From the NCBI GenBank assembly GCA_977017645.1, contig OZ360233.1, forward strand, positions 18,290,001 through 18,354,000: a DNA stretch of 64,000 nucleotides, written 5' to 3'. Below, one piece after another: positions 1 to 11,253 of this stretch. Made by a program: the position numbers and the translations under genes. Positions within the stretch are counted from its first letter, which is position 1. Each line of letters begins with the position of its first letter. Below the pieces are notes generated by a model, which saw only the letters and a list, made by a program, of their open reading frames with translations, was not told the DNA's origin and made no database searches. Origin of the DNA: Torpedo marmorata (lineage: Eukaryota).

Positions 1-781
1 TGACGAAAATTATTAATGTTAGATATAGATTAGTACAATATAATTTCTTTCATCAATTATACTTAACACCTAAAAAATTAAAGAAATTTAATCCGACATT
101 ATCAGGACTATGTTTTAGATGCAATAATGAGGAAGGTTCTTTTGTTCATTCTACATGGTTTTGTCCAAAGATTCAAGATTTTTGGTTGAAAGTTAAATTA
201 TTTTTAGATAAAATATTTAATATTACATTTCCAATTACAATTACAATTGGAGACATTAGAAAATTTAGTATTAAAAAGAAATTAAATATGTTTCAAGTAG
301 AATTTTTACGAATTGCTTCAGCGGTTTCGAAAAAATGCATTGCTATTACTTGGAAATCTGACTTAGATTTAGGATTAGAAAGATGGCATGCAGAGTTCCG
401 TTCGTGTATACCACTGGAAAAAATTACTTATAATTTACGTAATAAATATCATTTCTTATTGAAAATTTGGAGCCCATATATGAGAGCTGTGCGTTTAAGG
501 ATCTGAAGATCTCGAGATATCGGATCTACTGGCATACTTGACCTCCTTAATAGAATTAGTTTATAGATGATATTCCCCTTACTCTATCTTTTCTTTTCTT
601 TCATTTTTCTATTTTTATTTTTACGTTTACTTTATATTACTAGATTAGTGGGGATGGGGGGGGTGTTAGGGAGGGGAGGGAGGGTGGGGGGGTGAAAATG
701 TATCACATGTACTTTTACAATTTTATATTTTATTTTATGTATTTTGTGATTTAAAAGTTGAAATAAAATTTAAAAAAAAAA
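1..781 (+). mobile_element. L1-clade LINE 3' end (ORF2 C-terminus, 3'UTR, poly-A)
   Basis: Frameshifted ORF2 tail (CFRC..HSTWFC, KKCIAITWKS, IPLEKITY), G-rich tract ~648-692, AATAAA then A-run at 772-781; the paralogous site at ~58880 lacks the insertion. Confidence 0.9.
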
Positions 782-1129
782 AGACGGAGTCGCGCAGAGG
801 TAGGAAGCTTAACAGAACGCTAAAAGGGGCGTGAGGGTGCAGGAAAACGAGTGAAGGTGATGGAAAGGGCAGAACGAGAGAAAAGAAGAGAGAGACGTGG
901 GGAGTGTAAATATAGGTGGCGAAACACGTCCGAAAAAGACGGAGAATGAGAAACGGCCAACATTAACAAACCAGTTTTCATTGGTTCAACAACGGCGCTC
1001 TCTTGAGCCCATGAGCGAGGAGGGCGCCCTCCTGTGTGTCCCAGAGGACGGGCTGCTACTAACGAAACGCCACTGTCTTATATCGGGGCTGAATATAGAA
1101 ATATTCGGCTGTTCACCTTCATTCTGGCT

Positions 1130-1585
1130 TCCTCACCATCCAGTAGTTTGCTGATTCTATGGGCCGTTCTGCTTGGCGAGTCTCTGTCTGATTGGTCAGC
1201 GCGTGTCCCTCCCGGCTCAGCGCAATTCCTCGCATATCACACACTGCGTGTTTCATTCCAGGCACAAATGTGTAAATCTAGTGCCCCACGGACCGATGGA
1301 ACGGATGGCCGCAGGAAGTGTCACTGAGCTCCAGTTACCCGAAAAAGGTTACCGTATGTTTTTGGTACATTCAAATTCCCGTGGAATCTTGGATATATTT
1401 GGTTAAAATGTACAGCGCAGGAGATGATGTTCCGTGTCACGATTGTCCGGACAGGATAACGGGTTCCTTGGAGAAAAGGGGCAGGTAACCTCGATATCTC
1501 CAAAGCTATTAAAGCGGACATGGCCGTTTATGTGCGCGGTGCGGCTCACACTGTTTCTGGGATATTGCGGAGACGCACAAAAGCT
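1130..1585 (+). pseudogene. TCR V pseudogene
   Basis: Leader remnant lacks ATG and has a GC donor; frameshifted V exon; RSS CACACTG 1547-1553, 23 bp, ACAAAAGCT 1577-1585. Confidence 0.85.
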
Positions 1586-2005
1586 CATTCTGAGATGGGA
1601 AGTGGTTTGAGAGAAAATGGCATAAAGAAGACGGGAGAGCGTGTTAAGGCTTGCGAAAAGTTAAGCAGGTGAAAACGTGAGACAGAGTGAGGTAGAGCAA
1701 TAGAACGAAAGAAGGGGAGAGAGGGTGGAGTGAGTGAAAGGGAGGGAGGAGATACACAGATGGAAGGAAAAAGATGCGTTGAGTGTACAGATAGAGGGTG
1801 AAATTTGCGTGAAGGACGGGGAACTAGATACAGACTGTCTTATCAACTCCGTCTGATTGGTTCAATAATGGCGACTCGAACGAATCCTGTGTGAGGGAAA
1901 CACTCACATATCTGTCATTGACGTTGATTCGCTCATAACATCGCCCCACCCCTTGTATAGCGGTAACACAAAGAAATATTCGTTTTTGACCTTAATCCGC
2001 GTACC

Positions 2006-2051
2006 ATGTCCTCCCTGAGTTGTTTGCTGATTCTGTGGGCCGTTCTGACTG
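2006..2051 (+). other. Upstream (second) leader exon MSSLSCLLILWAVLT-G
   Basis: gtaccATG, 46 nt hydrophobic peptide, GTGAGT donor; no V exon of its own. Confidence 0.8.
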
Positions 2052-2392
2052 GTGAGTCTGTCTGATTGGTCAGCGACGTCTGTCCATCGTCCTTGCTCTT
2101 CGAGTCTCCCTCTTTAACTTAATTAAAGGTGGACAATTCCCCCAAGTCAAACCCTCTCCGTCACACGTTCTCCCACCGTTTACTCATTTACACACTCTCT
2201 GTTTACTGAACTTCCTCACGGTCGCTCTGTCGCTCTATCTCTATCTCTCGCTGTCTCGCTTCTCGCCGTTCTCGTGAAAGAGAACCGGCTCGTGTCTCCA
2301 ACAGAGTTTCTGCTGCTTCCGACGTGAGTTTGCGCTCTTCTATGGGGCGAGCATTTGTAAAATATTCTTCCTTCGAATTTAATCCGAGCATC

Positions 2393-2818
2393 ATGTTCCT
2401 CCTTAGTTGTTCGCTGATTCTATGGGCCGTTCTGCCTGGTGAGACTGATTGATCAACACGTGTCCCGCGGGGTCAGCGGCGTTTCGCGCCGTTCACACAT
2501 TCTGTCGTTTGTTCCAGGGGCGAGTGGGAACGATTCAGTGACCCAAGAACCGCTGGAATTGATTGTCAATGAAGGGCAGATCGTATCACTGAGCTGCAGT
2601 TACTCGATGAATCCCAATGCATATTTTTGGTACATTCAACGTCCTGGAGAATCTCCCAAATATTTGCTAACAATCTACAGGTCAGGAGATGTGGTTCCGT
2701 CTCCCGATTGTCCGGAGAGGATATCGGGTTCATTGGAGAAAAACAGCCAGACATTCCACCTCAATAACTCGAAAACCCTTGTGGAGGATTCTGCCGCGTA
2801 TCTCTGCGCCGTGAAGCT
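2393..2818 (+). CDS. TRAV: TCR alpha/delta-type V segment, open (leader 2393-2438, intron 2439-2517, V exon 2518-2818)
   Basis: MFLLSCSLILWAVLP-G | ASGNDSVTQ...SLSCSY...WYIQRPGESPK...EDSAAYLCAVK; GT-AG phase-1 intron; canonical Cys23/Trp41/Cys104. Confidence 0.85.
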
Positions 2819-2857
2819 CACACTGTTCCAGGGCGGTGTCAGATCCGCACAAAAACT
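2819..2857 (+). other. 23-RSS
   Basis: CACACTG + 23 bp + ACAAAAACT. Confidence 0.92.
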
Positions 2858-3149
2858 CACCTCGAGACATTGAATCGGACCCTATGGCTAGGGGGCGCAC
2901 TCGGCCAAGCAATGGAAGCGAATACACGACCTTCCTGGAGAGTCTGCTGCAACGCCGAGATGCAGGAGATTTTCCCTCCTCTGAGCGTTTCTCTTTCTCT
3001 GCGTCCTCTGTGTCTCAATCCGTAATTTGAGGTGGAAGGTAGGAAGTCAGGGAGAGAGGAAGAAATGGATAGCTGTTTGACAGAATATTGTATGAAAATG
3101 AAGGCGTGTTTGTTAGATGGAAATTGAGAGGTTAAAAATGCTGTAAACC

Positions 3150-3400
3150 GCGCGGGTAGGTGTGACCGGTAGGTGATCCTTCGGCCTCTCCTTCCCAAAA
3201 TCAACAACAAGCTCCTTGGTCTTGGTGAAAATAAGAACATAATTGTTGTTCTCCAACGACCAAACCAGGTTCACCATCTCCATTCTGCATTCTGACTCAT
3301 CTTTTCCAGTTATTCGGCCACCACTGGTGGTGTCTTCAGCTAATGTGTCGGTTGAGTTGGGGCTGAACTTGGATGAACAGTCAATTGGTGCACATGGCAG
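3150..3400 (-). mobile_element. Rex1/Babar-like LINE RT fragment
   Basis: Minus-strand remnant reading ...VGRITGKDESEC..LVW..NN..KTKELVVDF; carried along in each duplicated unit. Confidence 0.7.
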
Positions 3401-3794
3401 AGATTGAAGGGAGGGAGAGATTGGAACTGCTCTCGAAAGATTAAATAAGTGTAAGACTGAGTCGCGAAGAGGTAGGAAGCGTAACAGAACGCGAGAAGGG
3501 GCGAGAGGGTGCAGGAGAACAAGTGAAAGTGATGAAATGGTGGAGCGAGAGTGAAGAAGAGGGAGACGTGGGAATGTAAATATAGGCGGAGAAACACGTG
3601 CGAAAAAGAGCGAGAATTAGAAATGGTCAACATCAACAACCAGTTTTCGTTGGTCCAACAACGGCTTCTTATTGCGCCCACGTGCGCGGAGGGCGCCCTT
3701 CTCTCTGACCTAGACGATGGGCTGCTACTGACGAGACCCCATGTCTGATATCGGGGCATAAATGTTGAAATGTTCGTCTGGTGATCTTCATCCC

Positions 3795-4261
3795 GGCTTC
3801 CTCCCCAAGTTGAGTTGTTTGATGAATCTATGGGCCGTTCTGCTTGGCGAGTCTCTGTCTGATTGGTTTCCCACCGGCTCAGCGAAATTCCTCGCACATC
3901 ACACACTGCGTGTTCGTTCCAGGCACAAATGGGGAAATCTAGTGACCCACGGACCGCCGGAACGGATGGCCGCGTGAAGGCAGACCGTGTCACTGAGCTC
4001 CAGGTACCCAACAACGGCTACCGTATATTTTTGTTACATTCAAATTCCCGTGGAATCTTGGATAGAGATGTTGAAAATCTACAGCTCAGGAAATGTGGTT
4101 CCATCTCACGGTTGTCCGGACACGATGACGGGTTCCTTGGAGAATATGGGCCGGATATTCCACCTCAATATCCCCGAAGCTCTTGAGCGGGACTTGGCCG
4201 TTTATCTCTGCACGGTGCTGCTCACGCTGTTCCTGGGAAATTGCGGAGACGCACAAAAGGT
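3795..4261 (+). pseudogene. TCR V pseudogene
   Basis: No proper leader ATG, GC donor, frameshift/stop at V start, Cys23 lost; RSS CACGCTG 4223-4229 + 23 + ACAAAAGGT. Confidence 0.85.
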
Positions 4262-4514
4262 CATTCTGAGATGGGAAGTGGTTTGAGAGAAAACGTAAGA
4301 AAGAAGACGGGAGAACGCGATAAGAATTGCGAAACGTTAAGCAGGTGAAAGAGTGAGACAGAGTGAGCTTGTGGAATAGAACAAGAGAAGGGGAGAGATG
4401 GTGGAGTGAGTGAAAGCGAGGGAGGAGATACACAGAGGGAAGGAGGAAGACGCGGGTTAGTGTACAGATAGAGGGAGAAACTTGCGTGAAGGAAGGGGAA
4501 CGAGATGCAGACTT

Positions 4515-4557
4515 TCTTGGTCTGCAGTCAAATGATCTACCACTGAGCTATGCCCTC
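4515..4557 (-). pseudogene. 3'-truncated tRNA-Cys(GCA) retrocopy (5' half)
   Basis: Reverse complement GAGGGCATAGCTCAGTGGTAGATCATTTGACTGCAGACCAAGA resembles the 5' half of vertebrate tRNA-Cys; flanked by an ~18-bp duplication (4501-4518 / 4560-4577). Confidence 0.85.
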
Positions 4558-4741
4558 ATCGAGATACAGACGTTCTTAACAACTCGGTCTCATTTGTTCA
4601 ATAATGGACACACGAACCAATCCTGTGTGAGGGAAACACTCTCATATCTATCCCCAGGCGTTGGTACGCTATAACATCGCCCCACGCCTTGTTTTGCGGT
4701 AACACAAATAAATATTCGCGTTTTACCGTAATCCGCGTACC

Positions 4742-4787
4742 ATGTCCCTCCTGCGTTGTTTGCTGATTCTATGGGTTGTTCTGACTG
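4742..4787 (+). other. Upstream (second) leader exon MSLLRCLLILWVVLT-G
   Basis: ATG, 46 nt, GTGAGT donor. Confidence 0.8.
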
Positions 4788-5102
4788 GTGAGTCTGTCTG
4801 AGTGGTCATCGACTTCTGTCCATCGTCCTTTATCGACGTGTCTCCCTCTTTAACCTAATTAAAGTTCGGCGATTCCCCCAAGACTCACACTCCTTCGCTC
4901 ACCCTCTGTTTACTCATTTAAGATTTCACTTTGTGCTCACTTAACTCACTCGCGCGGTCTCTCCCGCACTCCCGCTCTCGCCCCTCGCCGCTCTCGTGCC
5001 AGGGAAACGACCAGAGGTTCTTCTGCTTCCGACGTGCGCTGGCGAACATATGTCGGGCGAGCATTTGTAAAATATCTTTCTTTCGCATTTAGGCCGGGCA
5101 CC

Positions 5103-5528
5103 ATGTTTCTCCTGAGTTTTTGGCTGATTCTATCGGCCATTCTGCCTGGTGAGACTCGTTGGTCAACACGTGACGTGCTGGATCAGCGCCGTTCCGCGCC
5201 ATTCACACATTCTGTGTTTTGTTCCAGGGGCGAGTGGGAACGATTCCGTGACCCAAACACCTCTGGAATTGAGCATCGACGGAGGGCAGATCGTATCACT
5301 GAGCTGCATTTACTCGATGAGTCCCTTCGCATATTTTTGGTACATTCAACGTCCTGGAGACTCTCCCAAATATATGCTGAAGATCTTCACGTCGGGAGAT
5401 GTGGCTCTGTCTCACGATTGTTCGGAGATGATATCGGCTTCCTTGGAGAAAAAGAGCCAGAGATTCCATCTCAAAATCTCCGAAACCCGCGAGGAGGATT
5501 CCGCCGTTTATCTCTGCGCCGTGGAGCT
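5103..5528 (+). CDS. TRAV: TCR alpha/delta-type V segment, open (leader 5103-5148, V exon 5228-5528)
   Basis: MFLLSFWLILSAILP-G | ASGNDSVTQTPLELSIDGGQIVSLSCIY...WYIQ...EDSAVYLCAVE. Confidence 0.85.
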
Positions 5529-5567
5529 CACACTGTTCCAGGGCGGTGGCGGATCCGCACAAAAACT
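5529..5567 (+). other. 23-RSS
   Basis: CACACTG + 23 bp + ACAAAAACT. Confidence 0.92.
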
Positions 5568-5859
5568 CACCTCGAGAATTTCCATCGCTCGCTGTGGCCA
5601 GCGGGCGCACTCGGGCACCGGCAGCCAGTTCTGTCGGTCAGTGCACTGGAAGCGTCAACACGACCTTCCTGGAGAGTCTGCTGAAAACGGCAAAACCGAG
5701 TTGCAGGAGATTTGCCCTCCTCTGAGCGTTTCTCTTACTCTGCCTCCTCTGTGTCAGATTCCTTACTTTGAGGTGGAAGGTAGCAAGCCAGGGAAAGAGA
5801 AGGAGTGTTCTTGTGATGGAAATTGTGAGATTAATAAAGCGGTCTGTTTAGGACAGATG

Positions 5860-6207
5860 CGTGTTCCTTCGGCCTGTCCTTTCTAAAATCAACAACAAGC
5901 TCCTTGGTATTGGTGACATTAAGAACAGGATTGTTGTTCTGGAACCACCCAACCAGGTTCTTGATTTCCATCATGCATTTAGTCTCATTATTCCCAGTTA
6001 TCCGGCCAACACTGGTAGCGTTGTCATCTAATTTGTAGATAGAGTTGGAGCTGAACTTGGCTGCACAGTCATGGGTGCCCATGGCATAGATTAGGGGACA
6101 AAGCAGGCAGCCTTGGACTGCTCCTGTGTTGATGGTCAGCGAGGAGGAGGTGATGCTGGCGATCAGCACTGTTTGGGTCTGCAGTGAGGAAGTCAAAAAT
6201 CCAGTCG
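5860..6207 (-). mobile_element. Rex1/Babar-like LINE RT fragment (continues ~8945-9185 past the CR1)
   Basis: ORF 5831-6256(-): NTGAVQGCLLCPL...DDNATSVGRI...TKELVVDFRK. Confidence 0.75.
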
Positions 6208-8942
6208 TTCTTTCAGGCGTTATAGAACAGTGGGGGGGGGGGTGGAGGGGTCGCATTGCTTGTTAGGGAAAACATTACAGCGGTGCTTTGGCAGGATAGA
6301 TTGGAGGGATCGTCCAGTGAGGCTATTTGGGTGGAATTGAGGAATAGGAAAGGCATGAAAACACTAAGGGAGTGTATTATAGACCACCGAATGGGCAGAG
6401 GGAATTAGAGAAGCAAATTTGTAAGGAGATAGAATATATGTGTAATAAACATAAGGTGGTGATTATAGGTGATTTTAACTTTCCACACATTGACTGGGAC
6501 GCCCATACTCTAATAGGGCAGGATGGGTTGGAGTTTGTCTTATGTGTTCAGGAAAGTTTTCTGAATCAATACATGGAATTACCGACTAGATAGGGGGCAG
6601 TATTGGATATCCTATTTTGGAACGAGATAGGTCAGGTGACAGAGGTTTGTGTTGGGCAACACTTTGGGTCCAGTGATCATAATACTATTAGTTTTAGGTT
6701 GATAATGGAGAAGGATAGGGCTGGGCCTAAGGTTGAGATTGTTGATTGGAATAAGGCAAATTTCGAGGAGATGAGCAAGGATTTCGAGGGTGTTAATTGG
6801 GATAATTTATTTTTAGGGAAGGATGTCACAGATAAAATGAGGATATTCAAAGGGGAAATTTCGAGAGTACAGAGTCGGTTCGTCCCTGTGAGGATTAAAG
6901 GAAGAGTTAGAAAATATAGGGAACTTTGGTTTTCAAAGGATATTGGGAATTTGGTTCTGAGGAACAGGGATGTGTACAACAGGTATAGACAGCAGGGAAT
7001 AGATGAGGTCCTTGAGGAATATAAGGAGTGTAAAAAAATCTTAAGAAAGAAATTCGAAAGGCTAAAAGGAGATATGAGGCTGCTTTGGCAGGCAAGGTAA
7101 AAATAAATCCAAAGGGATTCTACAGGTACATTAAAAGCAAAAGAATAGTGAGGGATAAAATTGGGCCCATTGAGGATCAGACGGGTAGGCTATGTGAAAT
7201 GTCAGATGGGGGAGATTTTAAATGAATTTTGTTCTTCAGTATTTACAAAGGAAAGGAATATTGAGCCAGGTGAAGTAAGGAAATCTGGCAGTGAGGTCAT
7301 GGATAATATAAAGATTAATGAGGAGGTAGTATTGGCTAATTTAAAGAGTATAAAGGTGGATAAATCTCCAGTTCCTGACAGGATATTCCCGAGGACCCTG
7401 AGGGAGTTTAGTGTACAAATAGTGGGGGCTCTGACAGAAATATTTAAAATGTCACTGGCCACGGGCGAGGTGCCGGAGGATTGGAGGGTAGCTCATGTTG
7501 TCCCGCTGTTTAAGATGGGCTCTAAAAGTAAACTTGGAAATTATAGGCCTTGTGAGTCTGACATCGGTGGTGGGTAAATTAATGGAGAGTGTTCTTAGAG
7601 ATGGTGTATACAGTTATTTGGAAAGACAAGTATTGATTAGGAGTAGTCAACACGGTTTTGTTCGTGGTAGATCATGTTTAACAAATCTCATAGAGTTTTT
7701 CGATGAGGTTACCAAGAAGGTTGACGAGGGGAAGGCTGTGGATGTTTTCTATGTGGACATTAGTGAAGCATTTGACAAGGTTCCGCATAAGAGGCAAGTT
7801 AAGAAGGTTCAAGCATTAGGTATTAACGACGAAGTAGTGAAATGGATTCAAAAATGGTTGGATAGGAGAGGCCAGAGAGTAGTGGTGGAAAGCTGTTTGT
7901 CAAATTGGAGGCCGGTGACCAGTGGAGTGCCTCAGTGATCGGTACTGGGTCCATTGTTGTTTATCATATATATTAATGATCTAGATGATAGGGTGGTAAA
8001 TTGGATTAGTAAGTATGCAGATGATCCGAAGATTGGTGGTGTTGTGGACAGTAAAGAGGGATATGAAAGCTTGCAGGGGGATATAGGACAGTTAGAAGAG
8101 TGGGCGGAAACATGGCAGATGGAGTTTAATACTGATAAATGTGAGGTGCTACATTTTGGTAGGATTAATCAGCAAAGGCCATACATGTTAAATGGAAGAC
8201 AATTGAGAAGTGCATTAGAACAGAGGGATTTAGGAATTCTGGTACATAATTCCCTGAATGTTGAGCCACACGTAGATAGGGTGGTGAAGGAAGCATTTGA
8301 TATGTTGGCCTTCATAAATCAGAGTATTGAATATAGGAGTTGGGATGTCATGTTGAAGTTGTATAAGGCATTGGTGAGGCCAAATTTGGAATATTGTGCG
8401 CAGTTTTGGTCGTCGAACTATAGGAAGGATATAAACAGAATAGAGAGAGTGCAGAGGAGATTTACAAGAATGTTGCCTGGGTTTCTGGGTTTGAGTTATA
8501 GGGAAAGATAGAACAGGCTGGGACTTTATTCCATGGAGCGTAGGAGGTTGAGGGGTGATTTAATAGAGGTATTTAAAATTATGAAGGGGACAGATAGAGT
8601 CAATGTGGACAGGCTTTTTCCATTGAGAGTGGGGAAGATTCAAACAAGAGGGTATGGATTGAGATTGAAGGAGGAAATGTTTAGAGGAAACATCAGGGGG
8701 AATTTCTTCACTCAGAGGGCGGTGGGATGGTGGAACGAGCTTCCGGCCGAAGTGGCAGATGCAGGTTCAATTTTAATGGTTCAGGAAAATTTGGATAGGT
8801 ATATGGACGAGAGAGGTGTGGAGGGTTATGGGCCGGGTGTGGGTCAGTGGGACTAGGTGGGAGAATGTGTTCGGCATGGAGTAGAAGGGCCGAACAGGCC
8901 TGTTTCTGTGCTGTAACTGTTATATGGGTATCTGGTTATATG
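6208..8942 (+). mobile_element. CR1-clade LINE, 5'-truncated, decayed ORF2 (EN+RT)
   Basis: YRPP, GDFNFPHIDW, QHGFVRGRSCLTNL, SGVPQ, YINDLD, KYADD, LVRPNLEYC; stops and frameshifts; short-repeat 3' tail. Confidence 0.92.
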
Positions 8943-9436
8943 ACAGGGTCCCAGATGCTTTCGATTGGCCAAAGGTTTTGAGGTGAGGGTGTGGAACGAA
9001 GATGTTTCGGTGATCTAGGTGATTTAATGCAGAGTGGAGAGTCAGTGATATGGCTTCGTCCTTTGACCTATTGTGGGGATAGGCCAACTGAAATGCGTCC
9101 AGGTCATTCCCCAGATCGGAGTTAATTCGCTACATAACCAAGTTCTCAACAATTCATCACAGTCGGTCACTTTGCTCTTATTGAGCAAGTAAGGAAGGGA
9201 GAACACTGGAAGCGAAGCATGTGGGGGAAGGGCAGAGAAGGACAACCAAAGAGAAGCATTTATACCTGCTCGTTTTAATTCGTTCCATTGCAGCGTCATT
9301 CAGAACCAATGACCATTCCTGTGCTAGCGAAATGCTATAAATCTCAGCGCTGCGGCTGCTGCGGACGTGAATTTGTAAACTTACAGCGGGGAAACACGTA
9401 AGAACATATTTTTGTTTTGACCATTATTCGGGAACC

Positions 9437-9900
9437 ATGTCCCCAAGAGGTACCTGCTGATTCTATGGGCCATTCTGCCAGGTGAGACTCTGTCTGATCA
9501 GTCAGCACGTCCCGCGGATTCAGCGCAGTCCCGTACCGCTCCCACACTCCGTGTTTCCGTCCAAGCACGAGAGGGGAGGATTATGTGACACAAGGACCGC
9601 CGGTAGTCATGGCCGAGGAAAGGCAGACCGTGCCACTGAGCAGTAGTTACTCGACGAGTCAATCCGCATATTTTAGGTACATTCAACGTCTTGCAGAATC
9701 TCCCAAATATTTGCTGAAAATGTACAGCTGGGGATATGTGGCTGCATCTCAAGTTTGCGCAAGAGGAAATCGGTGTTCTTGCAGACAAAGGGCCAGAGGT
9801 TCGATTTGACTGTCTATGGGACGCTTGTGCCGGTCAGCGCCGTATATCTCTGCGTCGTGCAGCCCACTGATCCAGGGCGATGGTGGGTCCTCAAAAACAC
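9437..9900 (+). pseudogene. TCR V pseudogene
   Basis: Frameshifted leader and V exon, Cys23 and Trp41 lost, heptamer degenerate (CCCACTG). Confidence 0.8.
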
Positions 9901-9924
9901 TCTGGTAATTAGAAATAGGCAGTG

Positions 9925-9937
9925 CCACCAGGGGGCG
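9925..9937 (+). promoter_or_regulatory. CTCF-binding element-like motif
   Basis: CCACCAGGGGGCG matches the CTCF core consensus. Confidence 0.6.
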
Positions 9938-10781
9938 TGCTTTCCCCCACACAGTCCTCACCAGTGCACAGGACGGAGACGGCAACTGTGCATCACGGGA
10001 AATAGTCTTCTCCAAAGTGCAGCGCCGATATTTACCCTAGCGTGTGGAAAGACGTTTGTCTCACTCTCTGTTCCGAGGAGGAGGGGAGGAATTTAGAGAA
10101 AAGCGCCGATTAGGGTCGACCGCCTTTTGCGAGAGAGGAGGAGTGACAGAAACTGCTTGGATAGGGAGTGAGCAAAAGGGTGAAAGGAATTTAGAGAGAA
10201 AGGTGAGGAGTGAGAGAGAGCGAATGAAAGGGAGAGATCGTGATTGACGAAGAGAGATATCACAGGAGGGAGGAAGTGGACAGGGAGTTGTATGTGAGAA
10301 AGAGTGAGAAAATTATTTAATGAAGGAGACATTGAGAGGGCAAGAACGCGAATGAAAGGGACAGGCGGTAGGTGCGACTGTGGGAATTGAAGGGAGGGAG
10401 AGATTGGCACTGCTCACGAAAGTTGAAATAAGTGTAAGTCGGAGTCGCATAGAGGAAGGAAGCGTAAAAGAACGCGAGAAGGGGCGAGAGGGTGCAGGAA
10501 AACGAGTGAAGGTGATGAAAATGGCGGAGCAAGAGAGAAGAAGAGAGAGACGTGGGGGTTGTAAATATAGGTGAGGAACCACGTGCGAAAACGACGGAGA
10601 ATGAGAAACGGCCAACATTAACAACGAGTTTTCATTGGTCCAACAACGGCGTCCTTTTGAGCCCCTATGTGAGGGGAGCGCCCTCCTATGTGTCCAAGAG
10701 GATTGGCGGCTACTGACGTGACCCCTCTTTTTATATCGGGGTAGCATATGGAAATATTCGGCTGTTTACCTTCACACTGGC

Positions 10782-11253
10782 ATGGTCCCCATTGAGTTGT
10801 TTGATGATTCTATGGGCCTTTCTGCTTGGCGAGTCTCTGTCTGATTGGTCAGCGCTTGTCCCTCCCGGCTCAGCGCAATCCCGCGCATCTCAGACACTGC
10901 ATGTTTCGTGCCAGGCACAAATTGGGAAAATTTGGTGACCCACGGACAGCCGTAACGGATGGCCGCGGGAAGACCGACCGTGTCACTGAGTTCTTGGTAC
11001 CCGACAAGTGTTACCGTATATTTTTGGTACATTCAAAATCCCGTGGATTCTTCCACATATTTGCTGAAAGTTTACAGCTCAGGAGATGTGGTTCCGTCGC
11101 ACGATTTCCCAGACAGAATGACGGTTTCCTTGGAGAAAAATGGTCGAATATTCCACCTCAATATCTCCGAAGCTCTTGGAGCGTACTTCGCCGTTTATCT
11201 CTGCGCAGTGCGGTTTGCACTGTTCCTGGAGATTGCGGAGAATTTCAAAAGCT
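10782..11253 (+). pseudogene. TCR V pseudogene
   Basis: Frameshifted leader, GC donor, disrupted V start, Cys23 lost, RSS degenerate (TGCACTG). Confidence 0.8.

Noticed and set aside
2586-2604. Clustered AID hotspot motifs (AGCT, TGCA, AGTT, TACT) near CDR1, suggesting hypermutation targeting
   Set aside because: They overlap the constrained L-S-C-S-Y codons; enrichment cannot be shown without counting against a codon-matched null.
2439-2873. ORF-track proteins starting at intron GTG and reading through the RSS (also 5149, 23258, 29825, 60557)
   Set aside because: Artefacts: the start is the splice donor and the tail is RSS sequence removed by V(D)J recombination.
4515-4557. Functional tRNA-Cys gene
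   Set aside because: T-arm, B-box and 3' acceptor strand are missing.
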